A stretch of DNA of 62,000 nt from assembly GCF_000737315.1 (NCBI RefSeq), contig NZ_JMCB01000005.1, positions 206,001 through 268,000 of the forward strand. The letters are read 5' to 3'. The DNA is from Hyalangium minutum (GTDB taxonomy: Bacteria; Myxococcota; Myxococcia; Myxococcales; Myxococcaceae). Position numbers and translations under genes: made by a program. The notes below the pieces were generated by a model that saw nothing but the letters and a program-made list of their open reading frames with translations, ran no database searches and was not told the origin of the DNA. This document shows, piece after piece, positions 18,376 through 28,165 of this stretch (position 1 is its first letter; every line of letters begins with the position of its first letter).

Positions 18376-19311
18376 ATGCCGACGCTGGGAATCGATCTGG
18401 GAGGGACCAACGCTCGCGCCGCCGTGGTGGACGAGAAGGGGAACATCCTCACCTCGTCGAAGCTGTCCCTCACCGAGCGCAGCCCTGCAGCCGTGGTGGA
18501 GGTCATCGCTCAGGCCGCCGCCGGGGCCCTGGCCGCCGCGGGAGGGTTAGAGGTGCGAGGCTGTGGAGTGGGGGCTGCCGGGCAGATCCACCGGGACTCG
18601 GGGATCATCGCCGTGGCGCCCAACCTGGGCTGGCGCAACGTACCGCTGGGGGCCATGTTGACGGAGCGGCTCGGGCGGCCGGCGCGCATCGTGAATGACT
18701 TGGCGGCCGCCGCGTATGGCGAGCTGCACGCGGGCGCGGGCCGGGGCGCCACGGATGTGTACACGGTCTTCGTGGGCTCGGGCGTGGGCAGCTGCATCAT
18801 CGCCAACGGCCAGCTGGTGCGCGGCGGTGGCGGCGTGGCTGGCGAGCTGGGCCATACCAAGGTGATTCCCGGGGGCCGGCGGTGCGGCTGTGGCGAGCTG
18901 GGGTGCCTGGAGGCCTACGCGGGCGGGCACAACCTCATCGCCCAGGCGCGCGAGCTGATGGTGGCCGGGCGCTCCACGGTGCTGTCGGACCTGACGGGGG
19001 GCGAGCCCTCGCACCTCACGCCGTTGACCCTCGAGAAGGCGGCGGAGGCGGGGGATCCGGGCGCTCGGGAGATCCACGAGCGGGCCGGGCAGATGCTGGG
19101 CATCGCCATTGCCAACATGGTGACGGTGCTGAACCCGGCGCGGCTGATTCTGGGCGGCGGGGTGCTGATGAACTGCCCGGGCATCCGCCGCTACGTGGTG
19201 GAGGCGGTGCAGACGCTGTCCTCCAACAGCTCCCGCGAGGGGCTGCTCATCGCCGAGGCGGAGTTGGGCGACGACAGTGGTCTCATTGGAGCGGCGATGC
19301 TGGCAGCCTGA
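18376..19311 (+). CDS. glk: ROK-family sugar kinase (glucokinase-like)
   Basis: GIDLGGT, NDLAAAAYGE, GSGVG, GELGH, CGCGELGCLE zinc motif. Confidence 0.88.
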   Translation: MPTLGIDLGGTNARAAVVDEKGNILTSSKLSLTERSPAAVVEVIAQAAAGALAAAGGLEVRGCGVGAAGQIHRDSGIIAVAPNLGWRNVPLGAMLTERLGRPARIVNDLAAAAYGELHAGAGRGATDVYTVFVGSGVGSCIIANGQLVRGGGGVAGELGHTKVIPGGRRCGCGELGCLEAYAGGHNLIAQARELMVAGRSTVLSDLTGGEPSHLTPLTLEKAAEAGDPGAREIHERAGQMLGIAIANMVTVLNPARLILGGGVLMNCPGIRRYVVEAVQTLSSNSSREGLLIAEAELGDDSGLIGAAMLAA

Positions 19312-19362
19312 CCTGCTACGCTGGGCGGAGCGTTGTTCCTCCGCCCCGTAGCGAGGTCATTC

Positions 19363-21654
19363 ATGCCCTTCGAATGGAAGCTGGCCAGTCTCGATGAGCT
19401 CAAGGAACTGCTCCTGGACACGTCCCTCCAGGACTCGCAGGTCCGCGTCAACCTGGCCACGGCCAAGGTAGAGCAGCCGATCAGCCTGGGGCTCGAGGCG
19501 CTCTCATTCGTGTTGGACGGCGGCACGGAGGCCAACATCGAGGCCTTCAACGCGCCGGGGGACGTGGACGCGGACGGCGTCGTCGGTGACAAGCCCGCGC
19601 AGGAGGACATGACGAAGCTGAGCCCGCCGCTGCTGCTGGGGCAGGACGCGTGGCTGAAGTACGCGGTGCGGGTGCGCGCCAAGGCGCAGGCCGGGGTGGC
19701 GCTGCCGTTCCTGTCGGGCTCGGGCAGCGGCGAGGTGGCGATTCAGGTCGCGGACTACCACGTGCACTCGCTGACCGACCGGCTGCGCGACGCCATCAAC
19801 ACGGACACGCGCAACCTCCGGCTGCCGCTGGTGCTCGAGCACGTGCTGAAGATCCAGCCGAAGGAGGCGCTGAGCTTCCAGGCGCGCACGCGGCTGGAGA
19901 CGTCCGTCACGCTCGCGTGGGGAGACGTCTTCAGCACCAACCTGAACCCGCTGAGCCGGCTGCTGCCGGTGGGGACGCTGCTGGCCATCAAGGCCACGGC
20001 GGGTGCGACTGTCACAGGCAGCGTGAGTGTGACGGATGACTTCATGGTCACCTTCTCGCGCGAGAAGGCGGGGGCGATGGTGGTCTCCGTGCAGAAGGGC
20101 GCGGTGCGCGAGGCGAAGCGGGCGGCGCAGATTGGCGTCACCGTGGAGGCGGCGGTGGATCCGGCGGTGGTGGACGCGGCGCTGAACGCGCTGGTGGGGC
20201 TGCCGGGGCTCTCGCACTTCGAGCAGCTGGTGGACAAGCTCTCCACCACGCAGCTGTCCGAGGAGGAGAAGAAGCTGCTGAGGCTGGCGTTGGACCGGCT
20301 GGGGATGACGGACTACGAGGCCGACGCGACGGCGCTGAAGCGGGCCTGGGAGGACCAGAAGGCGAAGGCGAAGCAGGCGCTGGTGACGATGGCGGCGGAG
20401 AAGATCTCCTCCGGGTTCCAGTACGAGTACGCGCGGGTGTCCGAGCAGCAGACGCTGCTGCGGCTGGAGGTGGCGGATGCGCAGCTGGCGAAGCTGCACC
20501 TGCCGCTGGTGATGGGGCGGCTGACGCAGGTGCTGAAGCAGGTGGAGCCGGGGGCGCTGCGCAGCTACTTCCAGCAGAACACGCGGACGCTGAGTGAGGC
20601 GTGGGGCTTCACGCTGGGGTTCTCGAAGTGGCAGGTGCTGAAGAGCCAGACGCAGAGGAAGCTGCAGCGGGTGGCGCAGTACGGCTCGCCGGATCCGGTG
20701 CATGGGCCTCGGCGGTACGCGTTCATGGGGATGCGCAGCTATGAGGGCGGGCTGTTCCAGGGGACGGGGCGCTGGTCCGTGGACTTCAAGGCGGACATGG
20801 GCGAGTTCCGGGCGCAGCCGACGGTGCGGGACTTCAGCTACGGGCTGTATCTGCAACTGCAGCGGAAGGGGAAGCTGTCGGAGACGGCGGTGCGGCAGGC
20901 CATCGACGAGGCGATCGTCTGGCACGTGTTGGACGACGCGGACGAGGAGCAGGTGCTGAAGCAGATCCAGGAGGCGGCGAAGGGCGAGGCGGTGGAGCTG
21001 CGGCTGGAGGTGAAGCTGGCGGACACGGTGTTCCGGGAGCTGACGGCGCTGGCGGCGATGGGAGTGCCGGAGCTGTACGCGAAGGCGCTGGCGCGGTCGA
21101 TGCCGTGGGACAAGAGCCCGGCGCGTGCGAACCCCGAGTTCCGGCAGAGCGTGTACGCGCCGCTGTGGATGACGTACCTGACGGAGAAGGGGAAGGACTG
21201 GACGCCGCCGAGGGCGGCGCAGCGTGCGGCGGCGTGGCTGAAGCAGAACAAGATCGCGAAGGGGAGTGCGGGGGAGGTGGCGTACTGGGAGGGGCAGGGG
21301 ACGGCATACCCGAACACGTTCGCGGACGTGCTGGACAAGAACTCGCGGTTGGCGGACGTGGGCAGCCAGTACGGGGGGACGTACGTGCGGTGGCAGCGGC
21401 TGGTGGCGGGGATGGCGTTGCTGCGGGATGGGCTGCAGCAGGGGGCGGATCCGGCGGTCATCGAGAAGGTGTTCGAGGAGCTGGAGGAGCTCTGGCGCGT
21501 GTCGTTCCACGTGAAGGCGTTCGGCGCGATGTTGCTGGAGCTGTCGGCGAAGAGCGTCCAGGGCATGGCGGCGGTGGAGCGCACGTTCACGGTGGTGACG
21601 GGGACGGGGGACAAGCAGTCCCAGCTCGTCTTCACCGCCTCCCGCGAGGGGTAA
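19363..21654 (+). CDS. large hypothetical protein (~763 aa), no signal peptide
   Basis: Long ORF with G/C-ending codons; start MPFEWK. No family recognised. Confidence 0.8.
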   Translation: MPFEWKLASLDELKELLLDTSLQDSQVRVNLATAKVEQPISLGLEALSFVLDGGTEANIEAFNAPGDVDADGVVGDKPAQEDMTKLSPPLLLGQDAWLKYAVRVRAKAQAGVALPFLSGSGSGEVAIQVADYHVHSLTDRLRDAINTDTRNLRLPLVLEHVLKIQPKEALSFQARTRLETSVTLAWGDVFSTNLNPLSRLLPVGTLLAIKATAGATVTGSVSVTDDFMVTFSREKAGAMVVSVQKGAVREAKRAAQIGVTVEAAVDPAVVDAALNALVGLPGLSHFEQLVDKLSTTQLSEEEKKLLRLALDRLGMTDYEADATALKRAWEDQKAKAKQALVTMAAEKISSGFQYEYARVSEQQTLLRLEVADAQLAKLHLPLVMGRLTQVLKQVEPGALRSYFQQNTRTLSEAWGFTLGFSKWQVLKSQTQRKLQRVAQYGSPDPVHGPRRYAFMGMRSYEGGLFQGTGRWSVDFKADMGEFRAQPTVRDFSYGLYLQLQRKGKLSETAVRQAIDEAIVWHVLDDADEEQVLKQIQEAAKGEAVELRLEVKLADTVFRELTALAAMGVPELYAKALARSMPWDKSPARANPEFRQSVYAPLWMTYLTEKGKDWTPPRAAQRAAAWLKQNKIAKGSAGEVAYWEGQGTAYPNTFADVLDKNSRLADVGSQYGGTYVRWQRLVAGMALLRDGLQQGADPAVIEKVFEELEELWRVSFHVKAFGAMLLELSAKSVQGMAAVERTFTVVTGTGDKQSQLVFTASREG

Positions 21655-21663
21655 CGAAGAACC

Positions 21664-22371
21664 GTGAGCGCCTCACGCCCATGGTGGCTGCTGGTGGCTA
21701 TAGCGCTAGCAGCCTGTGCGACGACACCCCGGGGAAGTGAGAGGCTGGGCTGCGAGGAGTCGGCTGAGCTCGTTTCTTACGAGGAAGCATGCTCGCACGA
21801 GAACAGCCTGGTGGCGCTGTGCGCAGGTGAGCAATGCGGGCTGTACCGATGCTGGCAGGTGCAGGAGCAGGGGGACGAAACGCGCGTGGTGCTTGCGCGG
21901 CACCCGGTGGGGGCATTGCCCAATCCTCAGCGGGGCGCGCAGAGGAACTGGGGGAGCGCACAAGAGTTGCCGCGGGATGCGCGGCCGGTGTTCATCATCC
22001 CGTGGCAGCACAAGCCGCCGCTGTTGCCCAGTCAGCAGCAGATGCTGGAGGAGGCAGCCAAGGAGCGGGCCAAGCCGCATGAGCAGCACCACATCTTCCC
22101 GCGAATGTTCAAGGAGTGGTTTACCCAGCAAGGCATCGACATCGACAAGTATGTGCTCCTGCTGGAGTTGGAGAAGCACAGGAGCATCCATCGCGGAGCC
22201 AACGGAGGCCCGTGGAATGCCGCATGGGCTCGTTTCATCCAAGAAAACCTGGCGGGGGCCCCGAAAGAGAAGATCCACAGATACGCCGGACAACTCATCT
22301 ACGAGTTCGAGCTGTTCGGCCCTGTCATTCCGTATTCGAGACAGCCGCCCCCGCTGCCTCCAGGGTACTAG
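21664..22371 (+). CDS. sitA6: SitA6-like (TIGR02269/DUF2380) polymorphic toxin lipoprotein
   Basis: Lipobox LAAC; CGLYRC; NWGSAQ; HHIFP...HRSIH...GPWNAAW His-rich nuclease-like C-terminus. Confidence 0.8.
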   Translation: MSASRPWWLLVAIALAACATTPRGSERLGCEESAELVSYEEACSHENSLVALCAGEQCGLYRCWQVQEQGDETRVVLARHPVGALPNPQRGAQRNWGSAQELPRDARPVFIIPWQHKPPLLPSQQQMLEEAAKERAKPHEQHHIFPRMFKEWFTQQGIDIDKYVLLLELEKHRSIHRGANGGPWNAAWARFIQENLAGAPKEKIHRYAGQLIYEFELFGPVIPYSRQPPPLPPGY

Positions 22372-22376
22372 CGCCG

Positions 22377-23102
22377 ATGCGATTCTATTGGCTCAGCACC
22401 CCTCCATCGCCGCGTGACTCAGGCGGGTATACGTACGGGCATACATGGAGCCTGCCTGGAGTGGCCTGCCCGGTGTGCAATCTCTCTGGGGGCACGGCTG
22501 CGAATGCCTACCCTTCTGTAGACCTGTCTCACCTGCCGGCTCAGGAGCAGCGGAAGTACTTCGCGCGGTTCGAGGAAGACTTCGTGGAGTTCGAGCGGCT
22601 GCGCGAACAGGTGCGCCCGTTGGTGCCTTCCGGAATCCCCCTCTGGCCAGGGACTGCTTTCGGTCCCCTGCATGGCTCGGCCTGGGGAGAGTTTGGCCCG
22701 CTGAGCCTGATTCACGCGTGGGAGCTGTTGATCAGGCGTGAGCCATTCGAGCGTCTGCAGGCTGAGGGCTTGAGGGGCTTGAAGGGCTGTCGCACGGCCC
22801 TGCGCTTTCGCAAGAAGAACCCACCCGAGTTGCTGGAGATGGAATTGGTGCCCCGGGGCGAGTTCCACTCGGATTGCCTGCCGGAACGTCCCCTGCCCTG
22901 TCCGAAGTGCGAGAGGAGAGAACTCAAGTGTCCAGACGAGCCCATTCTGGATGCGGCCTCTCTGCCTGAAGACCAGGATTTGTTCCGACTGGCTGGGTTT
23001 CTGTCGATGATCATCGCCACCGAGCGCTTTGTAGATGCAGTGCGGCGTCTGAGCTACGAGCAGGATATCGCCTTCCGCGAACTGCCGGTGCGCGGCGCGT
23101 AG
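22377..23102 (+). CDS. sitI6: SitI6-like double-CXXC(G) immunity protein (TIGR02264)
   Basis: Start MRFYW, 5 nt after the toxin stop; WSLPGVACPVC and CPKC; PGTAFGPLHG; DLFRLAGF..IIATERF. Confidence 0.82.
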   Translation: MRFYWLSTPPSPRDSGGYTYGHTWSLPGVACPVCNLSGGTAANAYPSVDLSHLPAQEQRKYFARFEEDFVEFERLREQVRPLVPSGIPLWPGTAFGPLHGSAWGEFGPLSLIHAWELLIRREPFERLQAEGLRGLKGCRTALRFRKKNPPELLEMELVPRGEFHSDCLPERPLPCPKCERRELKCPDEPILDAASLPEDQDLFRLAGFLSMIIATERFVDAVRRLSYEQDIAFRELPVRGA

Positions 23103-23139
23103 CACAGGCTGGTTCAACTGATCGCGCCATGAAGCGGCG

Positions 23140-24591
23140 TCATGGCTGCTCGGAGGTGGGCGGCGGGCGGCTGTCGAAGACGGGCATGTAGCATTGGCCC
23201 TCTCGTTCGTAGGCTGCACCGCACGGCGGATCAATCCGGAGGATGGACCAGCAAGCTCCTATGACCACGACCTCCGAGCGTGGATTGCAGGGGGGCTTCT
23301 TCTGCCCAGGAAGAGGAGTCTTGGGCATGGCCAAACCGATGGCAGAGACAGGCAGTCCCGTTCGCGGACCCTCCTGCACGGAGGCCATGGCGGCATCCGC
23401 GACGCCAGCATCAGGCGTCTCTATGGGGGGTGTCGGAACCTCTTTGGCCATCAGCGGGGGGCCGGAAGGGGCCGATTCTTCTCGGGGCGCTGGGCCTGAT
23501 GGGAGCTTGGAACCGATGAGCACGACGAACCCCCCCACCATGGCGGCTGCAGCCCATGAGAGCAGCGCCAGGGTGGCGTGGTGCGTGGCGTCTGCTGAGG
23601 AGCGCTGACGGCTCGGAGGGGGAGGGGACCCGCTTGAGGACGCAGAACGGGACGGTGCCTCTAACTCAGAAGGAACTCCTACCCGAAGCAGGCGGATGGG
23701 ATTGTCCGCCACATGCCGAGTATGGAGCGCAGCGTGCTCTAACGCCTCTACCGTCTGAGGAGTGGTACCGCGGTTCGCTTTATCCTCGGAGAGCAGGCGC
23801 AGGATGATGCTGTCCAATTCTGGAGTGACCGTGGCGAGCTCTCTTGGGGGGCGCAGTTCCCGCTGCTCCTCATGCTGGGTCTCGCTGATGGGCGGGGGGT
23901 AGGTGCCCGTCACGAGCCGGTAGGCGGTGACGCCCAGCGCGTACAGGTCATCGCAGGGGCTCGCTTTCCAGCGCGCCTGGTCATCCCTGTAGAAGCGCCA
24001 CGTGAAGCGTAGCAGCTCCGGCGAGCGGTAGACGCTGGTGCCCGGAGGCGCACAGGTGTCCGTCAGCGGGCGCGCTCCCGGGAACCATCCGGCGCCGAAG
24101 TCCACCAGCACCGCGCGGCCTTCAGGAGTGACGCGGATGTTGTCCCCCTTGACGTCCCGGTGAACGGCGCCCGAGGCATGAACCGCCGCCAGTCCTTGTG
24201 CCACCTGGGCGAGCACTTCGAGCACGTCCCGGGAGGAGCGCTCTTCCTCGTGGCCCCACTCATAGAGGATGGAGCCCGCCACGTACTCCATGACTAGGTA
24301 AGGGTGGTCGTCACCCCGGGCCGAGATCCAGATCCCAAAGTCCTCAAAGCGAGGCAGCGCGGGGTGTTGAGTGCGCCGGAGCAGCTCGGCTTCCCGCTCG
24401 AAGCGCGGATCACCGGCTTGCTTGGCCATCTTCATGGCGAAGGGGCCTGCTTCCGGCTTCGAAGCGCGCTCCACCAGGAACACCACTCCGTAGCTGCCGG
24501 AGTCGATGCGTTCGAGGACACGCCAGGGGCCTACGAGCGAGCCGGGGCGCAGATCGCGAGGGTCAACAGGGGTCTCCAGGTCATCGCTCAA
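23140..24591 (-). CDS. membrane Ser/Thr kinase with 4-Cys C-terminal domain (paralog A)
   Basis: SGSYG, FAMK, HRDVKGDN, DFG, DLYALG; TM LALLSWAAAAMVGGFVVLIG; C..GACW..C..CYMP. TTG start. Confidence 0.9.
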   Translation of the reverse strand: MSDDLETPVDPRDLRPGSLVGPWRVLERIDSGSYGVVFLVERASKPEAGPFAMKMAKQAGDPRFEREAELLRRTQHPALPRFEDFGIWISARGDDHPYLVMEYVAGSILYEWGHEEERSSRDVLEVLAQVAQGLAAVHASGAVHRDVKGDNIRVTPEGRAVLVDFGAGWFPGARPLTDTCAPPGTSVYRSPELLRFTWRFYRDDQARWKASPCDDLYALGVTAYRLVTGTYPPPISETQHEEQRELRPPRELATVTPELDSIILRLLSEDKANRGTTPQTVEALEHAALHTRHVADNPIRLLRVGVPSELEAPSRSASSSGSPPPPSRQRSSADATHHATLALLSWAAAAMVGGFVVLIGSKLPSGPAPREESAPSGPPLMAKEVPTPPIETPDAGVADAAMASVQEGPRTGLPVSAIGLAMPKTPLPGQKKPPCNPRSEVVVIGACWSILRIDPPCGAAYEREGQCYMPVFDSRPPPTSEQP

Positions 24592-24696
24592 GGGGCTTCT
24601 CCCGCAGGGGCGCGGAGCTGAACCCGAGCCTACCGAAGAGGTGGCCCAGAAGATACCCGCTCTCTTGGGTTGTGTCCGCCTGCCTCACGGGCATGA

Positions 24697-24750
24697 CTGT
24701 TCGGAAATGTCGGGACTTTTGCGTCCAAAACCCCCGACATTTCCGAACAG
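24697..24750. repeat. 54-bp inverted repeat upstream of kinase A
   Basis: 18-bp perfect arms ctgttcggaaatgtcggg / cccgacatttccgaacag with an inner ttttg/caaaa pair. Confidence 0.9.
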
Positions 24751-24842
24751 GCGTCCGCGAGAACTCTTCGTAGCTGTGCCGGCCGCTGTGGACCCGGAAG
24801 GGAAGCCGATGTCAACCAGGAGGTAGGTTCTGCGCCCACCTC

Positions 24843-24856
24843 TGAAAGCGCATGCA
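24843..24856. promoter_or_regulatory. candidate LacI/GalR-family operator for the sugar ABC operon
   Basis: TGAAAGCGCATGCA fits TGNAANCGNWNNCW, 85 nt before the binding-protein start. Confidence 0.5.
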
Positions 24857-24940
24857 AAGTCTTGCGGGCGTTACGAACCGGCGACAGGATGCGCCGCCGT
24901 TTTCCCTACAACTGCCACAACTCACCAGAGGGAGGGACGA

Positions 24941-26086
24941 GTGGACACCCGTTCTTCGATGACTCGTATCGGCGCCGCATCGGTGCTGGCTGCTGTGATG
25001 CTGCTGAGCCCCGCCTGCAAGAAGGAGGAGAAGCCTGCCGGTGATACCACCGGGACGGCGACGGGGACGCCTCCCGCGGCCGAGAAGAAGCCGGCCGGCG
25101 GGAAGATCGCCCTGCTGCTGCCCGAGACGAAGACGGCTCGTTACGAGTCCCACGACCGCCCTCACTTCGAGCGCAAGGTGAAGGAGCTGTGTTCCGAGTG
25201 CGAGGTCATCTACAGCAACGCGGATCAGGACGCGTCCAAGCAGCAGAACCAGGCCGAGGCCGCGCTGACCAACGGCGCCCAGGTGCTGGTGCTGGATCCG
25301 GTGGACTCCGCCTCGGCGGCCGCCATCGTCACGCGCGCCAAGCAGTCGAAGATCCCCGTCGTCAGCTATGACCGCCTCATCACCGGCGCGGACGTGGACT
25401 ACTACATCTCGTTCGACAACGAGAAGGTCGGCAAGCTCCAGGCCACCGCGCTCGTGGACAAGCTCAAGGCGGACGGGAAGACGGGCGGCACCATCGTGAT
25501 GATCAACGGTGCGCCCACCGACAACAACGCCAAGCTCTTCAAGGCCGGCGCGCACAGCATCATCGACGGCAGCGGCCTGAAGATCGGCGCCGAGTACGAC
25601 ACCCCGGACTGGAGCCCGGACAAGGCCCAGCAGCAGATGGAGCAGGCCATCACCTCCATCGGCAAGGACAAGATCGCCGGCGTGTACTGCGCCAATGACG
25701 GCACGGCGGGCGGCGCCATCGCGGCCATGAAGGCCGCGGGCGTCAAGCCGCTGCCCCCCGTCACGGGCCAGGACGCGGAGCTGGCGGGTATCCAGCGCAT
25801 CATCGCGGGCGAGCAGTTCATGACCGTCTACAAGGCCATCAAGCCCGAGGCCGAGGTCGCCGCGGAGCTGGCGGTGGCGCTGGTGCGCGGCCAGCAGGCC
25901 CCGGCGGGCAAGGTCAACGCCAAGGTGAACAACGGCAAGCTGGACGTGCCCTCCATCCTCCTGGAGCCCGTGGCCGTCACCAAGGACAACGTGAAGACCA
26001 CGGTCGTCGCGGACGGGTTCTGGAAGCCGGACGAGCTCTGCGCCGGCTCCTACAAGGACGCCTGCACCGCGGCCCAGATCCAGTAA
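24941..26086 (+). CDS. sugar ABC transporter substrate-binding lipoprotein (XylF/ChvE-like)
   Basis: Lipobox SPAC; RYESHDRP, VVSYDRL, YYISFDN, NDGTAGG, VTGQDA, MTVYK. Confidence 0.92.
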   Translation: MDTRSSMTRIGAASVLAAVMLLSPACKKEEKPAGDTTGTATGTPPAAEKKPAGGKIALLLPETKTARYESHDRPHFERKVKELCSECEVIYSNADQDASKQQNQAEAALTNGAQVLVLDPVDSASAAAIVTRAKQSKIPVVSYDRLITGADVDYYISFDNEKVGKLQATALVDKLKADGKTGGTIVMINGAPTDNNAKLFKAGAHSIIDGSGLKIGAEYDTPDWSPDKAQQQMEQAITSIGKDKIAGVYCANDGTAGGAIAAMKAAGVKPLPPVTGQDAELAGIQRIIAGEQFMTVYKAIKPEAEVAAELAVALVRGQQAPAGKVNAKVNNGKLDVPSILLEPVAVTKDNVKTTVVADGFWKPDELCAGSYKDACTAAQIQ

Positions 26087-26101
26087 CGCCTGGAGGGTGG
26101 A

Positions 26102-26890
26102 ATGACCGCTACATCGTTGCTGGAGCTGAAAGGGGTCTCCAAGCGCTTCGGGGCCGTCCAGGCCCTCACCACGGTGGACTTCGAGGTCCGCCCCGGTGAG
26201 GTCGTGGCCCTGGTGGGCGACAACGGGGCCGGGAAGTCCACCCTCATCAAGATCATCTCAGGAATCATCCCCATCGACGAAGGGCAGGTCCTCTTCGAGG
26301 GCCGGCCCGTCTCCCTGAACGGGCCTCAGGCCTCGTCGTCGCTGGGAATTGCCACCGTGTACCAGGACCTCGCGCTGTGCGACAACCTGGACGTCGTGGG
26401 CAACCTGTTCCTCGGGCGCGAAGTGCGCTCGGGGGCCGCGGGCAAGCTCACGGGGTGGCTGGACGAGACCGCCATGGAGCAGCAGGCGAGCGCGCTGCTC
26501 CAGCGGCTCAGTGTGAGCATCCCCAGCGTGCGCACGCAGGTGGCCGCGCTGTCGGGTGGCCAGCGGCAGTCCATCGCGGTGGCTCGCGCGATGATGGGCT
26601 CGCCGAAGATGGTGCTGCTGGACGAGCCCACCGCGGCGCTCGGTGTGGCGCAGACGCGCCAGGTGCTGGACCTCATCCGCCGCCTGCGCGAGCAGGGCCT
26701 GGGCGTGGTGGTCATCAGCCATAACCTGATGGATGTGTTCTCCGTGTCCGACCGCATCATCGTGATGCGGCTGGGCAAGCGGGTGGCGACCTTCGACACC
26801 CAGGCGGCCAAGGAAGTCGAGGTCGTCTCCGCCATCACCGGAGCCAAGAAGCAGGAAGTCGTCGAGACGCTCAAGACGGAGGCCCAATGA
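26102..26890 (+). CDS. sugar ABC transporter ATP-binding protein (single NBD)
   Basis: GDNGAGKST, LSGGQRQ, LLDEPT. Confidence 0.95.
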   Translation: MTATSLLELKGVSKRFGAVQALTTVDFEVRPGEVVALVGDNGAGKSTLIKIISGIIPIDEGQVLFEGRPVSLNGPQASSSLGIATVYQDLALCDNLDVVGNLFLGREVRSGAAGKLTGWLDETAMEQQASALLQRLSVSIPSVRTQVAALSGGQRQSIAVARAMMGSPKMVLLDEPTAALGVAQTRQVLDLIRRLREQGLGVVVISHNLMDVFSVSDRIIVMRLGKRVATFDTQAAKEVEVVSAITGAKKQEVVETLKTEAQ

Positions 26891-28122
26891 GCTCCCCCCG
26901 TGAAGTCGTGGCCTATGTCGATCCGCGCTTGATTCAGGATGCCCCGGGTCTGAAGGGTGCGTGGCAGGGCTTCCGCCGCCGCGTGTCCCAGGGCGAGCTG
27001 GGCAGCCTGCCCGTCATCGTCGGACTGAGCCTCATCTGGCTCATCTTCTATGTGGCCAACGAGCGCTTCCTCTCCGCCGTCAACCTCACCAACCTGATGC
27101 TGCAGATCGCCGCCATGGGGACGATCTCCGCGGGCATCGTGCTGGTGCTGCTGCTGGGAGAGATTGACCTGTCGGCGGGCGCCGTGAGCGGCCTGTCCGC
27201 CGCGGTGATGGCCATCCTCAACGTGAAGCACGGGTGGGGGGCTGTTCCGGCGCTCCTGGCGGGCCTGGCCGCCGGCGCGGGCATCGGCCTGTTCCACGGC
27301 CTGTGGATTACGCGGTTCCGCGTGCCCTCGTTCGTGGTGACGCTGGCCGGACTGCTGGGCTGGCAGGGTGCGCTGCTTTTCGTGCTGGGCAACACCGGCA
27401 CGGTGAACCTGAATGACCCGGTCATCAACGGGCTGACCGGCACCTTCTTCGAGCCGGCCATTGCCTGGCCCATCGCCATCCTCATCATCGCCCTCTACGT
27501 GGCCACGGTGCTGGTCGAGCGGATGCGCCGGGGGGCGGCGGGGCTGCCCCAGGCGCACCTGCGCTCCACCGTGGCGCGCATGGTGGTCATCTCCGGCGCG
27601 GTGGTGGCCTCGGTGGCCGTGTTCACCCAGGACCGCGGCTTGCCGCTGGCGGCCATCATCTTCGCGGGCTTCGTGGTGGGCATTGAACTGCTCATCAAGC
27701 GCACCCGCTTCGGCCGGCACGTCTTCGCGGTGGGTGGCAACGCCGAGGCGGCTCGCCGCGCGGGCATCCGCGTGGAGACCATCCGCGTGGCCATCTTCAC
27801 CCTGGCCTCCACCATGGCGGCTGCGGGTGGTATCCTTGCCTCCTCGCGCTTGCTGGCGGTGAACCAGTCCTCTGGCAGCGGCGACGTGCTGCTCAACGCC
27901 ATCGCCGCGGCGGTGATTGGCGGCACCAGCCTCTTCGGCGGGCGCGGTTCGGCCTGGTCGGCCATCCTGGGAGCGCTGGTGATTGGCTCTATCTCCAACG
28001 GAATGGACCTGCTCGCGCTATCCTCGTCCGTGAAGTTCATGGTCACGGGCGCGGTGCTGCTGGTGGCGGCCTCCATCGACGCGCTCTCACGGAGAGGCCG
28101 GCAGGCGGCGGGCAGGGCGTGA
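26887..28122 (+). CDS. sugar ABC transporter permease (XylH-like)
   Basis: GEIDLS, PSFVVTLAG, GRHVFAVGGN.EAA, AIAAAVIGGTSL.GG; ATGA overlap with the ATPase gene. Confidence 0.93.
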   Translation: MSSPREVVAYVDPRLIQDAPGLKGAWQGFRRRVSQGELGSLPVIVGLSLIWLIFYVANERFLSAVNLTNLMLQIAAMGTISAGIVLVLLLGEIDLSAGAVSGLSAAVMAILNVKHGWGAVPALLAGLAAGAGIGLFHGLWITRFRVPSFVVTLAGLLGWQGALLFVLGNTGTVNLNDPVINGLTGTFFEPAIAWPIAILIIALYVATVLVERMRRGAAGLPQAHLRSTVARMVVISGAVVASVAVFTQDRGLPLAAIIFAGFVVGIELLIKRTRFGRHVFAVGGNAEAARRAGIRVETIRVAIFTLASTMAAAGGILASSRLLAVNQSSGSGDVLLNAIAAAVIGGTSLFGGRGSAWSAILGALVIGSISNGMDLLALSSSVKFMVTGAVLLVAASIDALSRRGRQAAGRA

Positions 28123-28165
28123 ACCGGGCGCCGGGGCGCAGGTCCCCGGCCCTCAGGGAGACGCG

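Noticed and set aside
19504-21510. 668-aa minus-strand ORF
   Set aside because: Arg/Leu/His/Pro-rich shadow of the plus-strand gene, which has the normal codon pattern.
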